Positions 1 through 7,668 are shown, numbered from the stretch's first letter. The stretch is 11,313 nt of DNA from Campylobacterota bacterium (GCA_034722955.1 JAYEOM010000094.1:1-11313), one strand, 5' to 3'. Numbers and translations: made by a program. The notes: generated by a model from the sequence alone, not told the origin.

Positions 1-224
1 ACTCTGTACAGATGCCAGCAAGTGGTGGAGCAAGTAGCGGAGGAGATAGTTCATTCGTACCATATCTCTCACGAGGAGCAGCAGCTGTGGGTGTAGATGG
101 TTTCTTCTTTGAGACACATTTTGACCCATCTATCGCACTGAGTGATGGACCAAATATGATACAACTTGATGATTTGTACCATTTGATGAAAGAGATAGAT
201 GCGATTAGGGTGATAGTGGAATAA
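1..224 (+). CDS. kdsA: 3-deoxy-8-phosphooctulonate (KDO8P) synthase, 3' part only (gene begins upstream of the window)
   Basis: Frame is open from position 3 (SVQMP..., matching the THSVQxP motif), then GG-SSGG, AAAVGVDGFFFETH and ALSDGPNM, all typical of the KdsA C-terminus. TAA at 222-224. kdsA-ribH-nusB is a known Campylobacterota cluster. Confidence 0.95.
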   Translation, partial: SVQMPASGGASSGGDSSFVPYLSRGAAAVGVDGFFFETHFDPSIALSDGPNMIQLDDLYHLMKEIDAIRVIVE

Positions 225-235
225 AAAGGAATGAT

Positions 236-1348
236 ATGTATGTAGAATCTATTAGTTTTTCAAAAGAATACTTTGAGAACAACAAGTGGAAAATAGATAA
301 TTTTGATTTTTCTAAAATTAATCTCATTGCAGGTAAAAATACTTCTGGAAAAACAAGAATATTGAACTCTATTTCTATAGTAATAGGTTTTTTGAGAGAC
401 GGAAAGATTGAAAATGACTCTTCAATATATAATTGGAATATTAAATTACTAGAAAATGAAACAGAGTATATATATGATTTAAAAATAGATAATTCTATAG
501 TACTTTTTGAAGAGTTAAAAATTGATGGTACTCTATATTTTTCAAGAAATAAAAGTGGTAAAGGTCAAATAGAGTACGATTCACAAGACTCAAAACTAGA
601 TTTTGGAATAGAAAAAAACAAAATACTATTAGCTAATAAAAGAGATAAGATACAACATAAATTATTAGAACCTATTTTCAATTGGATAAGCTCTTCTTAT
701 CTATTTAAATTTGGAGATAGTTTGGGTCAACCACTTGGTTATGATATAAAAAATAAAATATTTACTTATGATGATAAGCAAGTAGTATATAAATTTAGAG
801 CAGGATTAAAAGAGTTCAAAGAGCCATTTAAAAATAAAATTATAGAAACCTTTAATAGCATAGGATATGATATAGAAGATATTTATACTGTTGATATTGC
901 TTATCAAATATATGCACTCTATATTAAAGAGAATGGCAAAGAGATATATCAAAGAGAAATCTCTCAAGGGATGTTTAGGGCATTGTCTTTAATTATACAA
1001 ATAACTTATTTAGATTTTACTGTAGAAGATAATATAACTATTTTAATAGATGATATTGGTGAGGGGCTTGATTTTGAAAGGGCTAATAATCTTATTAACT
1101 ATCTTATAAAAAATGCAGAAAAACAAAAAGATAAAATGCAACTTATTATGACCACAAATGATAGATTAGTAATGAATAATGTTCCTTTGGACTATTGGAT
1201 TATTGTGGATAAAGATGAAAAAGGCAAGATTGATTTTTATAGCCAAAAAACTCATCCAAAAAACTTTGAAAACTTTGAGGATATTGGGCTTAATAATTTT
1301 GATTTTTTCTCTGGAGAATATTATAAGAACTGTGTTTGGGGTGACTAG
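236..1348 (+). CDS. ABC-type (AAA_15/AAA_21-like) ATP-binding protein, 370 aa, with atypical Walker B and H-loop
   Basis: Walker A GKNTSGKT (nt 332-355), signature-like EISQGM, Walker B ILIDD followed by IGEGLD, H-loop position MTTND. SD AAGGA at 226-230 before ATG 236. No evident transmembrane segment, so not a transporter subunit. Confidence 0.88.
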   Translation: MYVESISFSKEYFENNKWKIDNFDFSKINLIAGKNTSGKTRILNSISIVIGFLRDGKIENDSSIYNWNIKLLENETEYIYDLKIDNSIVLFEELKIDGTLYFSRNKSGKGQIEYDSQDSKLDFGIEKNKILLANKRDKIQHKLLEPIFNWISSSYLFKFGDSLGQPLGYDIKNKIFTYDDKQVVYKFRAGLKEFKEPFKNKIIETFNSIGYDIEDIYTVDIAYQIYALYIKENGKEIYQREISQGMFRALSLIIQITYLDFTVEDNITILIDDIGEGLDFERANNLINYLIKNAEKQKDKMQLIMTTNDRLVMNNVPLDYWIIVDKDEKGKIDFYSQKTHPKNFENFEDIGLNNFDFFSGEYYKNCVWGD

Positions 1349-2046
1349 TGTCTATCAAGAAATTAGCCATATTTGTAGAAGGGAAAACAGAACTTATATT
1401 TATTGAAAAACTAGTTGAAGAGATGGCAGGTATTTATAATGTTGAAATCCAAAAAAGAGTTTTGCAAGGACAAAATAGATGTCCATTTATTGAAGAGTTC
1501 AATGATTTGAATAGCCAATACAAAATTAGAATCTATAACTCCTGTAATGATGCTAAAGTATTGAGCGATATAAAAGAGAATTATCAAGCACTACTATCTA
1601 AAGATTTTTTTACAATTATTGGATTGAGGGATCTCTATCCCATAGGTTATGAGAAGAAAGAGAGAATTCAAAATGGATTAAAAACTCTATTGGTAAATGA
1701 AGATTTAATCTATACAAAAATGATTTTAGCTGTTATGGAGATTGAAACTTGGTTTATAGCGGAGTTCAATCATTATCAAAATATAGATAAGCACTTAACA
1801 CTAGAAGAGATTAGGAGAGTCATTGATTTACAAGAAATAGAAAATTTTGAAAGAGAGATATCCCGTCCAGCAAATACACTCAATGACATTTATCAACTCA
1901 TAAATAGACATTGGACAAAAAGTGAAAAGCAGATAAGAAGAACCGTAGTAGCTATAGATTATGAAAATCTATATATTCATACCAAAGAAAAAGTACCAAG
2001 TTTAAAGGAGCTTATTGATACACTTGATGAGTTTTTTAGTAAATAA
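1348..2046 (+). CDS. DUF4276-like TOPRIM-fold protein, putative nuclease effector, 232 aa
   Basis: N-terminal FVEGKTE motif, central IIGLRDLYP acidic motif and VMEIETWFIAE (ExExW) motif, as in DUF4276/RloB-like partners of ABC ATPases. GTG start overlaps the upstream TAG by 1 nt (TAGTG). Confidence 0.72.
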   Translation: MSIKKLAIFVEGKTELIFIEKLVEEMAGIYNVEIQKRVLQGQNRCPFIEEFNDLNSQYKIRIYNSCNDAKVLSDIKENYQALLSKDFFTIIGLRDLYPIGYEKKERIQNGLKTLLVNEDLIYTKMILAVMEIETWFIAEFNHYQNIDKHLTLEEIRRVIDLQEIENFEREISRPANTLNDIYQLINRHWTKSEKQIRRTVVAIDYENLYIHTKEKVPSLKELIDTLDEFFSK

Positions 2047-2048
2047 AA

Positions 2049-2094
2049 TTTAATTTTGAAAGTATTAATTTTTATTAATAGTCTCAAACTTAAA
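2049..2094. repeat. Imperfect AT-rich inverted repeat between the DUF4276-like gene and ribH
   Basis: TTTAATTTTGAAAGTATTAAT-tttt-ATTAATAGTCTCAAACTTAAA: 18 of 21 positions pair around a 4-nt loop (2070-2073), with a perfect core TATTAAT/ATTAATA. Confidence 0.5.
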
Positions 2095-2110
2095 AGATAA
2101 AAGGAAAACA

Positions 2111-2581
2111 ATGAAAACAGTAGAAGGTAACTTAAGCGTAGACAAGAGTAAAAAAGTAGCGATCATCAATGCACGATTTAACCACTTCATCACAGATAGA
2201 CTTGTAGAGGGTGCTAAAGATGCGTATGCTAGACACGGTGGCAGTGCAGATGATTTAGATTTGATATTAGTCCCTGGTGCATTTGAAGTGCCGTTTGCAC
2301 TTGATAAAGCATTGGAGTCAGGTAAGTATGACGCAGTTTGTTGTCTAGGGGCGGTTATCCGTGGGGCGACTCCTCACTTTGACTATGTCTCTGCTGAAGC
2401 TACTAAGGGTGTGGCATCTGTAGGACTCAAATATGCCAAACCTGTCTCTTTTGGAGTACTCACAGTAGATAGTATCGAACAAGCCATAGAGAGAGCTGGT
2501 ACAAAAGCAGGTAACAAAGGTGGTGAAGCGATGGTGACACTGATAGAGATGATGAACCTCTACACCACTCTGGAGTCATAG
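2111..2581 (+). CDS. ribH: 6,7-dimethyl-8-ribityllumazine synthase
   Basis: Motifs [57 protein letters not shown] at 2101-2105. Confidence 0.98.
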   Translation: MKTVEGNLSVDKSKKVAIINARFNHFITDRLVEGAKDAYARHGGSADDLDLILVPGAFEVPFALDKALESGKYDAVCCLGAVIRGATPHFDYVSAEATKGVASVGLKYAKPVSFGVLTVDSIEQAIERAGTKAGNKGGEAMVTLIEMMNLYTTLES

Positions 2582-3052
2582 ATGGCTACGCGACATCAAG
2601 CCCGCACAGCTGTCATAGGTCTACTCTACGCTTATGATCTGGGCAATACAAATATAGCTGACTTTGCTGATGATATCCTCGAAGAGAGTAAGATCAGAAA
2701 CAGACAACGCACCTTCTCCAATGAGCTTTTTCAAGGAACAGTTGAAAATCTGGAGATGCTAGATAGGGAGATCATCGAACATCTCAAAGATTGGGATTAT
2801 GATACTATAGGCAAAGTTGAGAAGTCTATCATGCGTCTAGGTGCTTATGAGATACTCGTAGCCAAGACCGATAGAGCCATCATCATCAATGAAGCTGTAG
2901 AGCTTGCAAAAAAACTAGCCGATGAGAAGTCGCCTAAGTTTATAAATGGTGTACTTGATGCTATCGGTAGAGAGAAAAAAGTACAAGTCCCCGTAGAGAG
3001 CGTGGAGCCTGTAGAAGTTTCTAAAGATGCTGAGATTTTAGAAGAGAAGTAA
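2582..3052 (+). CDS. nusB: Transcription antitermination factor NusB
   Basis: MATRHQAR N-terminus, IMRLGAYE, IINEAVELAK and FINGVLD motifs. Abuts the ribH stop, matching the conserved ribH-nusB pairing. Confidence 0.97.
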   Translation: MATRHQARTAVIGLLYAYDLGNTNIADFADDILEESKIRNRQRTFSNELFQGTVENLEMLDREIIEHLKDWDYDTIGKVEKSIMRLGAYEILVAKTDRAIIINEAVELAKKLADEKSPKFINGVLDAIGREKKVQVPVESVEPVEVSKDAEILEEK

Positions 3053-3073
3053 GTAGAGAAAGGGTTTGTTACA

Positions 3074-4414
3074 ATGAAGCTATTAAATCTAACGATATAT
3101 AAACTATTTGATATATTTAAACATACAATTGATTATGACCAAGATGAGCGGATTACTATAATTACTGCTCCTAATGGTTATGGGAAAACTATGACTCTAA
3201 AAATTATAGATAGTTTATTTAATAAGAGATTTAATTTCTTTTCAAAATTGGCTTTTAAGAAAATTATTTTTACTTTTGATAATGATAGAAGTATAGAAAT
3301 TATAAAAGAAGGAAGCAATAACAGTACTCTTATTAAATTTATTTTAAAAGAAAACAATAAAGATATAACTTCTTTTGAATATCCATCTAAAAAATTATTT
3401 TCTCAACTCAAAAGAGGTATTTCTAGTCGTCAAATAGAAGAGTTTATGCCTAATTTTCTTCATAGAATAGATAGTAATAAATTATTAAATACTCAAACTG
3501 ATAAAGTTTTATCTTTTGAAGAGGCAATATATCAATATAGTGACTATATCCCTGAATCTATTATGAAGCGATTTGATATTGATACTCCACAAGAATTTAT
3601 TGATTTATTAGACAATTTAGAAGTTTATCTTATCCAAGAGCAAAGATTAATTCTTAGAGAACATATTTCTGATAGTGGAACTAGTATAAATCAAAGAGGT
3701 ATAGTTATTACCGATACTATAGAGAAATATTCGCAAGAATTAAGCCATAGGATTAGGCAAACTATAGGTGAATATGCACAAGTTACACAATCTTTAGATA
3801 GTAGTTTTCCTAAACGACTATTTCAAGAAAAAACTTCTAATATTGAACATGAAGTATTAAAAAATAAATTACAATCATTACAAGAACAGAGAGTTGAGAC
3901 TTCTAAGTATGGTCTATTGAAGTTGGATGAAGATACTTTTTTTGGTGAAGATGAGATTAGCGATAGTGATACAAAGGTGCTCTCACTATATATTGCAGAT
4001 AGTGAAAAAAAATTAGCAGTATTTAGTTCTTTAGTCAATAAAATAGCACTTTTTACAAAGATACTCAATGAGAGACGATTTAATTTTAAAAATATAGAGA
4101 TTGATAAAGAGAGAGGATTTATTTTTAAATCTAAAAATGGTTCCATATTGCAACTTACAGAGCTCTCTTCAGGAGAGCAACATGAGGTTGTTTTGTTGTT
4201 TGAACTACTTTTTAAAGCTAGAGAGAACTCTCTAGTATTGATTGATGAGCCAGAAATATCTCTCCATGTAGTATGGCAAAAAGAGTTTTTAAATGATATA
4301 AAAGAGATAATATCACTTAAAAATATAGACATTGTAATTGCCACACACTCACCTCAAATCATCAATGAAAGATGGGATTTGACTGTTAATTTAGAGGATT
4401 CTGAGATTGAATAG
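3074..4414 (+). CDS. ABC-type (AAA_15/AAA_21-like) ATPase, PARIS AriA-like, 446 aa
   Basis: Walker A APNGYGKT, signature LSSGEQ, Walker B VLIDEPE, ISLH D-loop region and H-loop IATHSP, with a long helical insert between the ATPase halves. Confidence 0.88.
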   Translation: MKLLNLTIYKLFDIFKHTIDYDQDERITIITAPNGYGKTMTLKIIDSLFNKRFNFFSKLAFKKIIFTFDNDRSIEIIKEGSNNSTLIKFILKENNKDITSFEYPSKKLFSQLKRGISSRQIEEFMPNFLHRIDSNKLLNTQTDKVLSFEEAIYQYSDYIPESIMKRFDIDTPQEFIDLLDNLEVYLIQEQRLILREHISDSGTSINQRGIVITDTIEKYSQELSHRIRQTIGEYAQVTQSLDSSFPKRLFQEKTSNIEHEVLKNKLQSLQEQRVETSKYGLLKLDEDTFFGEDEISDSDTKVLSLYIADSEKKLAVFSSLVNKIALFTKILNERRFNFKNIEIDKERGFIFKSKNGSILQLTELSSGEQHEVVLLFELLFKARENSLVLIDEPEISLHVVWQKEFLNDIKEIISLKNIDIVIATHSPQIINERWDLTVNLEDSEIE

Positions 4415-5243
4415 TCTTCAAGAGTTATCTAATGAACTAGGAAGTAAACTTGCAGAAATAAGACTTTCTATAGGGCATCCTGCCAATAGAGATAAAGTTT
4501 TTATTTTGCTTGAGGGTAAAACTGATATAAGACTATTTAGAAATATATTTTCTCATCAATACACAGATACAACAGCTTTGAATGGAAAAGAGAAACTTAT
4601 AGAAGCACTTGATATTTTAGGAGAAGAGGGATACTCTAAAATCATTGCTCTAAAAGATGCAGATTTTGATCATTTAGACAATGTAGCTTATCCCCATAAT
4701 CTTTTTATTACTGATTATGCTGATATGGAAGTGCAAATGATTGAGTCAGAGGCTCTAAAATCTGTAATCTGTGAGTTTGGCTCTGAAGAATGCTATTCCA
4801 ATCTTTTAGAAAATTTAAGAAATCAGATATATGCTCTTGCGATAGAGATTGGCTACATAAGATGGTATAGCAGTAGAGAGGGTGGTCTATTTAATTTTAA
4901 AAAAATAAATTTGAACTCACTTGTTGGATATAATAATTGTCAAGTCTCTTTAGATTTGGATACACTGATAGGAGAACTCTATTTACAAATTGACAAGGAT
5001 AATGCGAATATAGAAGAAAACAGTACCTTGCTCAAAGAGGTATCTTATGATAGATTACAAATTTGTAATGGACATGATTTAACAACGCTGATTGCAAACT
5101 ATTTTACTGCTGGCAATATAAATCAGAAAAAAGTCGAAGGGGCTTTAAGGCTTTCCTATACTATGGAGTATTTCCAAATTACAAATTTATATGTAAGTTT
5201 ACAAAATTGGGCTAACACTAATAATCATAGATTGTTTGATTGA
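4407..5243 (+). CDS. DUF4435-like TOPRIM nuclease, PARIS AriB-like, 278 aa
   Basis: Motifs LLEGKTD (TOPRIM Glu), KDADFD (DxD), TDYADME and CNGHDL. TTG start at 4407 with GAGG at 4394-4397, overlapping the ATPase stop by 8 nt. The first in-frame ATG lies downstream of the catalytic motifs. Confidence 0.8.
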   Translation: MNSLQELSNELGSKLAEIRLSIGHPANRDKVFILLEGKTDIRLFRNIFSHQYTDTTALNGKEKLIEALDILGEEGYSKIIALKDADFDHLDNVAYPHNLFITDYADMEVQMIESEALKSVICEFGSEECYSNLLENLRNQIYALAIEIGYIRWYSSREGGLFNFKKINLNSLVGYNNCQVSLDLDTLIGELYLQIDKDNANIEENSTLLKEVSYDRLQICNGHDLTTLIANYFTAGNINQKKVEGALRLSYTMEYFQITNLYVSLQNWANTNNHRLFD

Positions 5244-5253
5244 AAGGAAAAAA

Positions 5254-6315
5254 ATGACAGCAGCAAAAACAAAACGAATGACCATAGACCAAGCCGTCAA
5301 ACTCATAGAAGAGGTTGACCTAAAAGAGCTGGGCAAGATGGCTTTAGAACGCAAAAGAGAGCTGCACCCCAAGGGAGTGACTACATTTGTGGTCGATAGA
5401 AATATCAACTACACCAATGTCTGCTGGGTGGATTGTAAGTTTTGTGCCTTTTATCGTCATGAGAAAAATGATGATGCCTATATTCTCACATTTGACGAGA
5501 TAGACCAGAAGATAGATGAGCTTTTGGCTATCGGTGGGACGCAGATACTTTTTCAGGGTGGTGTGCATCCCAAGCTAGAGATTGAGTGGTATGAAGATCT
5601 CGTAGAGCATATCCATCAGAAGTATCCAGAGGTGACTATCCATGGTTTCTCTGCTATTGAGATAGACTATATCGCTACTCGCTCCAAGATCTCTATATCT
5701 GAAGTTCTGCAGAGACTTCACGCCAAAGGTTTAGCCTCTATCCCAGGGGCTGGGGCAGAGATATTGAGTGACCGTGTTCGTGACATCATCGCACCCAAGA
5801 AGCTTGACAAAGATACTTGGCTGGAGGTGCATAGGGAGGCTCACAAACTCGGTATCAAATCAACAGTCACTATGATGTACGGTACAGTTGAGACAAATCG
5901 TGAGATTGTGGAGCATTGGGATTATGCTAGAGAGCTTCAAGATGAGATGGGTGGTTTTAGAGCCTATATCATGTGGTCATTTCAGGGTGACAATACAGAG
6001 CTAATGGAGCTATATCCTGAAATAGAGAAGCAATCCTCTAACCGTTATCTAAGACTCTTGGCTGTAGCTAGACTCTTTCTGGATAATATCCCAAATATTC
6101 AGAGTTCATGGGTTACTCAAGGGAGCTACATCGGTCAGATGGCACTGCTATTTGGAGCCAATGATCTAGGCTCTACTATGATGGAGGAGAATGTAGTCTC
6201 AGCAGCAGGAGTCAAAAATGAGATGAACCAAGATGAGATGGTGCGTCTCATTCGTGATATAGGAGAGAGTCCTGCTAAGAGAAACACAGCTTATGAAATA
6301 CTGGAGCGATTTTAA
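5254..6315 (+). CDS. mqnC: Cyclic dehypoxanthine futalosine synthase (radical SAM, futalosine menaquinone pathway)
   Basis: DRNINYTNVCWVDCKFCAFYR with CxxxCxxC, LFQGGVHP, IPGAGAEIL, NIQSSWVTQG, FGANDLGSTMMEENVV. Start moved from TTG 5236 to ATG 5254, which follows SD AAGGA at 5244-5248. Confidence 0.92.
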   Translation: MTAAKTKRMTIDQAVKLIEEVDLKELGKMALERKRELHPKGVTTFVVDRNINYTNVCWVDCKFCAFYRHEKNDDAYILTFDEIDQKIDELLAIGGTQILFQGGVHPKLEIEWYEDLVEHIHQKYPEVTIHGFSAIEIDYIATRSKISISEVLQRLHAKGLASIPGAGAEILSDRVRDIIAPKKLDKDTWLEVHREAHKLGIKSTVTMMYGTVETNREIVEHWDYARELQDEMGGFRAYIMWSFQGDNTELMELYPEIEKQSSNRYLRLLAVARLFLDNIPNIQSSWVTQGSYIGQMALLFGANDLGSTMMEENVVSAAGVKNEMNQDEMVRLIRDIGESPAKRNTAYEILERF

Positions 6316-7631
6316 TGAAAAAAATAGTACTACTAATGATACTACTACAAGGATGGGCAATGAGTCAAGATATACAAAAGATTGAGGTGGATGGTGCACA
6401 GGTACCTATGGTGTTTGAAGAGAGTAGCTATGTGCCTATAGTCTCTATGAAGATCGTTTTTCGTGATAGTGGGGCTCTCTATGATGCCAAAGCAGGTTTG
6501 GCACTGCTGAGTGCTGATCTGCTAGGTGAGGGGACAAAAAAGGATGGCAGTGTAGGTTTTGCTACCAAGCTGGAGAACCATGCCATTCACCTCTCTGCCT
6601 CTGCCGGCAGTGAAACCTTTACGATCCACCTCTCTGCACTCAAGAGTGAGTTTGGTGCAGGGGTGACACTGCTCAAAGCACTACTCAAAGACCCCAACTA
6701 TACCCAAGAGGCTATGGATCTGGTCAAGAGACAAAAGATAGGGTGGTTGACACAGCAGAAGAGTAACTTTGACTATCTAGCTTCATTGGGACTCAAAGAG
6801 AGGCTATTCATAGATACAGCGATGGGCAGACCTAGAGCAGGAACCATCGAAAGTATAAACTCTATGGAGTTAGAGGAGTTGCAAGGTTTTATCTCAACTC
6901 ATCTGGGCAAGAACAATGCTATCGTGATCATGGGCGGTGATATCTCTATGGAAGATGCTAGAGGGATAGTATCTGATGTGATGAGTCTACTCCCTACTGT
7001 CAAAGTCAAAGAGTCTCCATATATCAGAGCAAGTGACAAGTGTGTCACGCATATGAGAGAGGCTCAAACAGAGCAGGCATATATATATTTTGGTGCACCT
7101 TTTGATCTCAAATATGATGACCCCAAGCAGTATATAGCCAAAGTTGCAGGCTATATACTGGGTGGCAGCGGATTTGGCAGTCGATTGATGGAGGAGATCC
7201 GTGTCAAGCGAGGTTTGGCATATAGTGCCTATGGTCGCTTTATCTACAGTCGTACAACCTCTTATCTGAGTGGTTATCTACAGACAAAACTAGAGAATGA
7301 AGAGGAGGCAAAAGCACTCGTGCAGAGTCTCATCGAAACCTTTGTCAAAGATGGTATCACCAAAAAAGAGTTGGATGCAGCCAAAGAGTTCCTCATAGGG
7401 AGTGAACCACTGAGAAGCGAGACACTTTCACAACGGCTTGATAGAGCATATGGTGAGTACTATTACGGTAGACCTATAGGCTACAGCAAAGAGCAGTTGG
7501 TGAAGATCCAAGCTTTGAGTTTAGATGAGATCAACACATTTATCAAGGAGCATAAAGAGATCACAAAATTGACTTTTTCGATCGTGACAGATAAAAGCGA
7601 AGAGTTAAAGAGTGAAAACATTGCAAAATGA
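6315..7631 (+). CDS. M16 (pitrilysin) family peptidase-like protein, exported, lacking the HXXEH motif
   Basis: Signal-peptide-like MKKIVLLMILLQGWAMS. GLALLSADLLGEGT occupies the HXXEH position. C-terminal LGGSGFGSRLMEEIRVKRGLAYS motif. TAATG overlap with mqnC. mqnC-M16-recG order is known in Campylobacter. Confidence 0.9.
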   Translation: MKKIVLLMILLQGWAMSQDIQKIEVDGAQVPMVFEESSYVPIVSMKIVFRDSGALYDAKAGLALLSADLLGEGTKKDGSVGFATKLENHAIHLSASAGSETFTIHLSALKSEFGAGVTLLKALLKDPNYTQEAMDLVKRQKIGWLTQQKSNFDYLASLGLKERLFIDTAMGRPRAGTIESINSMELEELQGFISTHLGKNNAIVIMGGDISMEDARGIVSDVMSLLPTVKVKESPYIRASDKCVTHMREAQTEQAYIYFGAPFDLKYDDPKQYIAKVAGYILGGSGFGSRLMEEIRVKRGLAYSAYGRFIYSRTTSYLSGYLQTKLENEEEAKALVQSLIETFVKDGITKKELDAAKEFLIGSEPLRSETLSQRLDRAYGEYYYGRPIGYSKEQLVKIQALSLDEINTFIKEHKEITKLTFSIVTDKSEELKSENIAK

Positions 7632-7650
7632 CATCTATATGTTGTTTTGC
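7623..7650 (+). other. Potential RNA hairpin spanning the M16 gene stop codon
   Basis: GCAAAATGACAT-ctat-ATGTTGTTTTGC forms 12 pairs including two G-U wobbles on the + strand. No U-tract follows, so it is not a canonical intrinsic terminator. Confidence 0.4.
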
Positions 7651-7662
7651 TAAATAAGTCAC

Positions 7663-7668
7663 TATAAT
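7663..7668 (+). promoter_or_regulatory. Putative sigma70 -10 box for recG
   Basis: Perfect TATAAT ending 24 nt before ATG 7693, in a 61-bp AT-rich gap; SD-like AGGAGAGG at 7683-7690. Confidence 0.55.

Larger units (their letters stand above)
225..2100 (+). other. AT-rich two-gene islet (ATPase + TOPRIM-like protein) between kdsA and ribH
   Basis: Hand-counted GC is 10/60 at 421-480 and 15/60 at 661-720, versus 25/60 in ribH (2281-2340). It separates kdsA and ribH, which are adjacent in Campylobacter/Helicobacter. No mobility gene present; boundaries approximate. Confidence 0.75.
3053..5243 (+). other. AT-rich two-gene islet resembling the PARIS anti-phage system (AriA + AriB)
   Basis: Hand-counted GC is 12/60 at 3181-3240, much lower than the flanking core genes. 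ABC ATPase followed by an overlapping DUF4435-like gene is the PARIS architecture. Confidence 0.72.

Noticed and set aside
1179..1406. 75-aa alternative-frame ORF across the ATPase/DUF4276-like junction
   Set aside because: Fully overlaps two well-supported genes and has no motif.
3823..4344. 173-aa antisense ORF within the AriA-like gene
   Set aside because: Ser/Leu/Phe-rich shadow of an A-rich coding strand that carries clear ABC motifs.
225..5243. Calling the AT-rich islets autonomous mobile elements or prophage remnants
   Set aside because: No integrase, transposase, phage gene, terminal inverted repeat or convincing target duplication is present.
5236..5253. ORF-track TTG start of mqnC at 5236
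   Set aside because: The SD AAGGA at 5244-5248 lies inside this extension and fits ATG 5254.
5199..6399. Short - strand ORFs 5199-5408, 5344-5568 and 6199-6399
   Set aside because: Antisense to mqnC and its neighbours, with no independent coding evidence.
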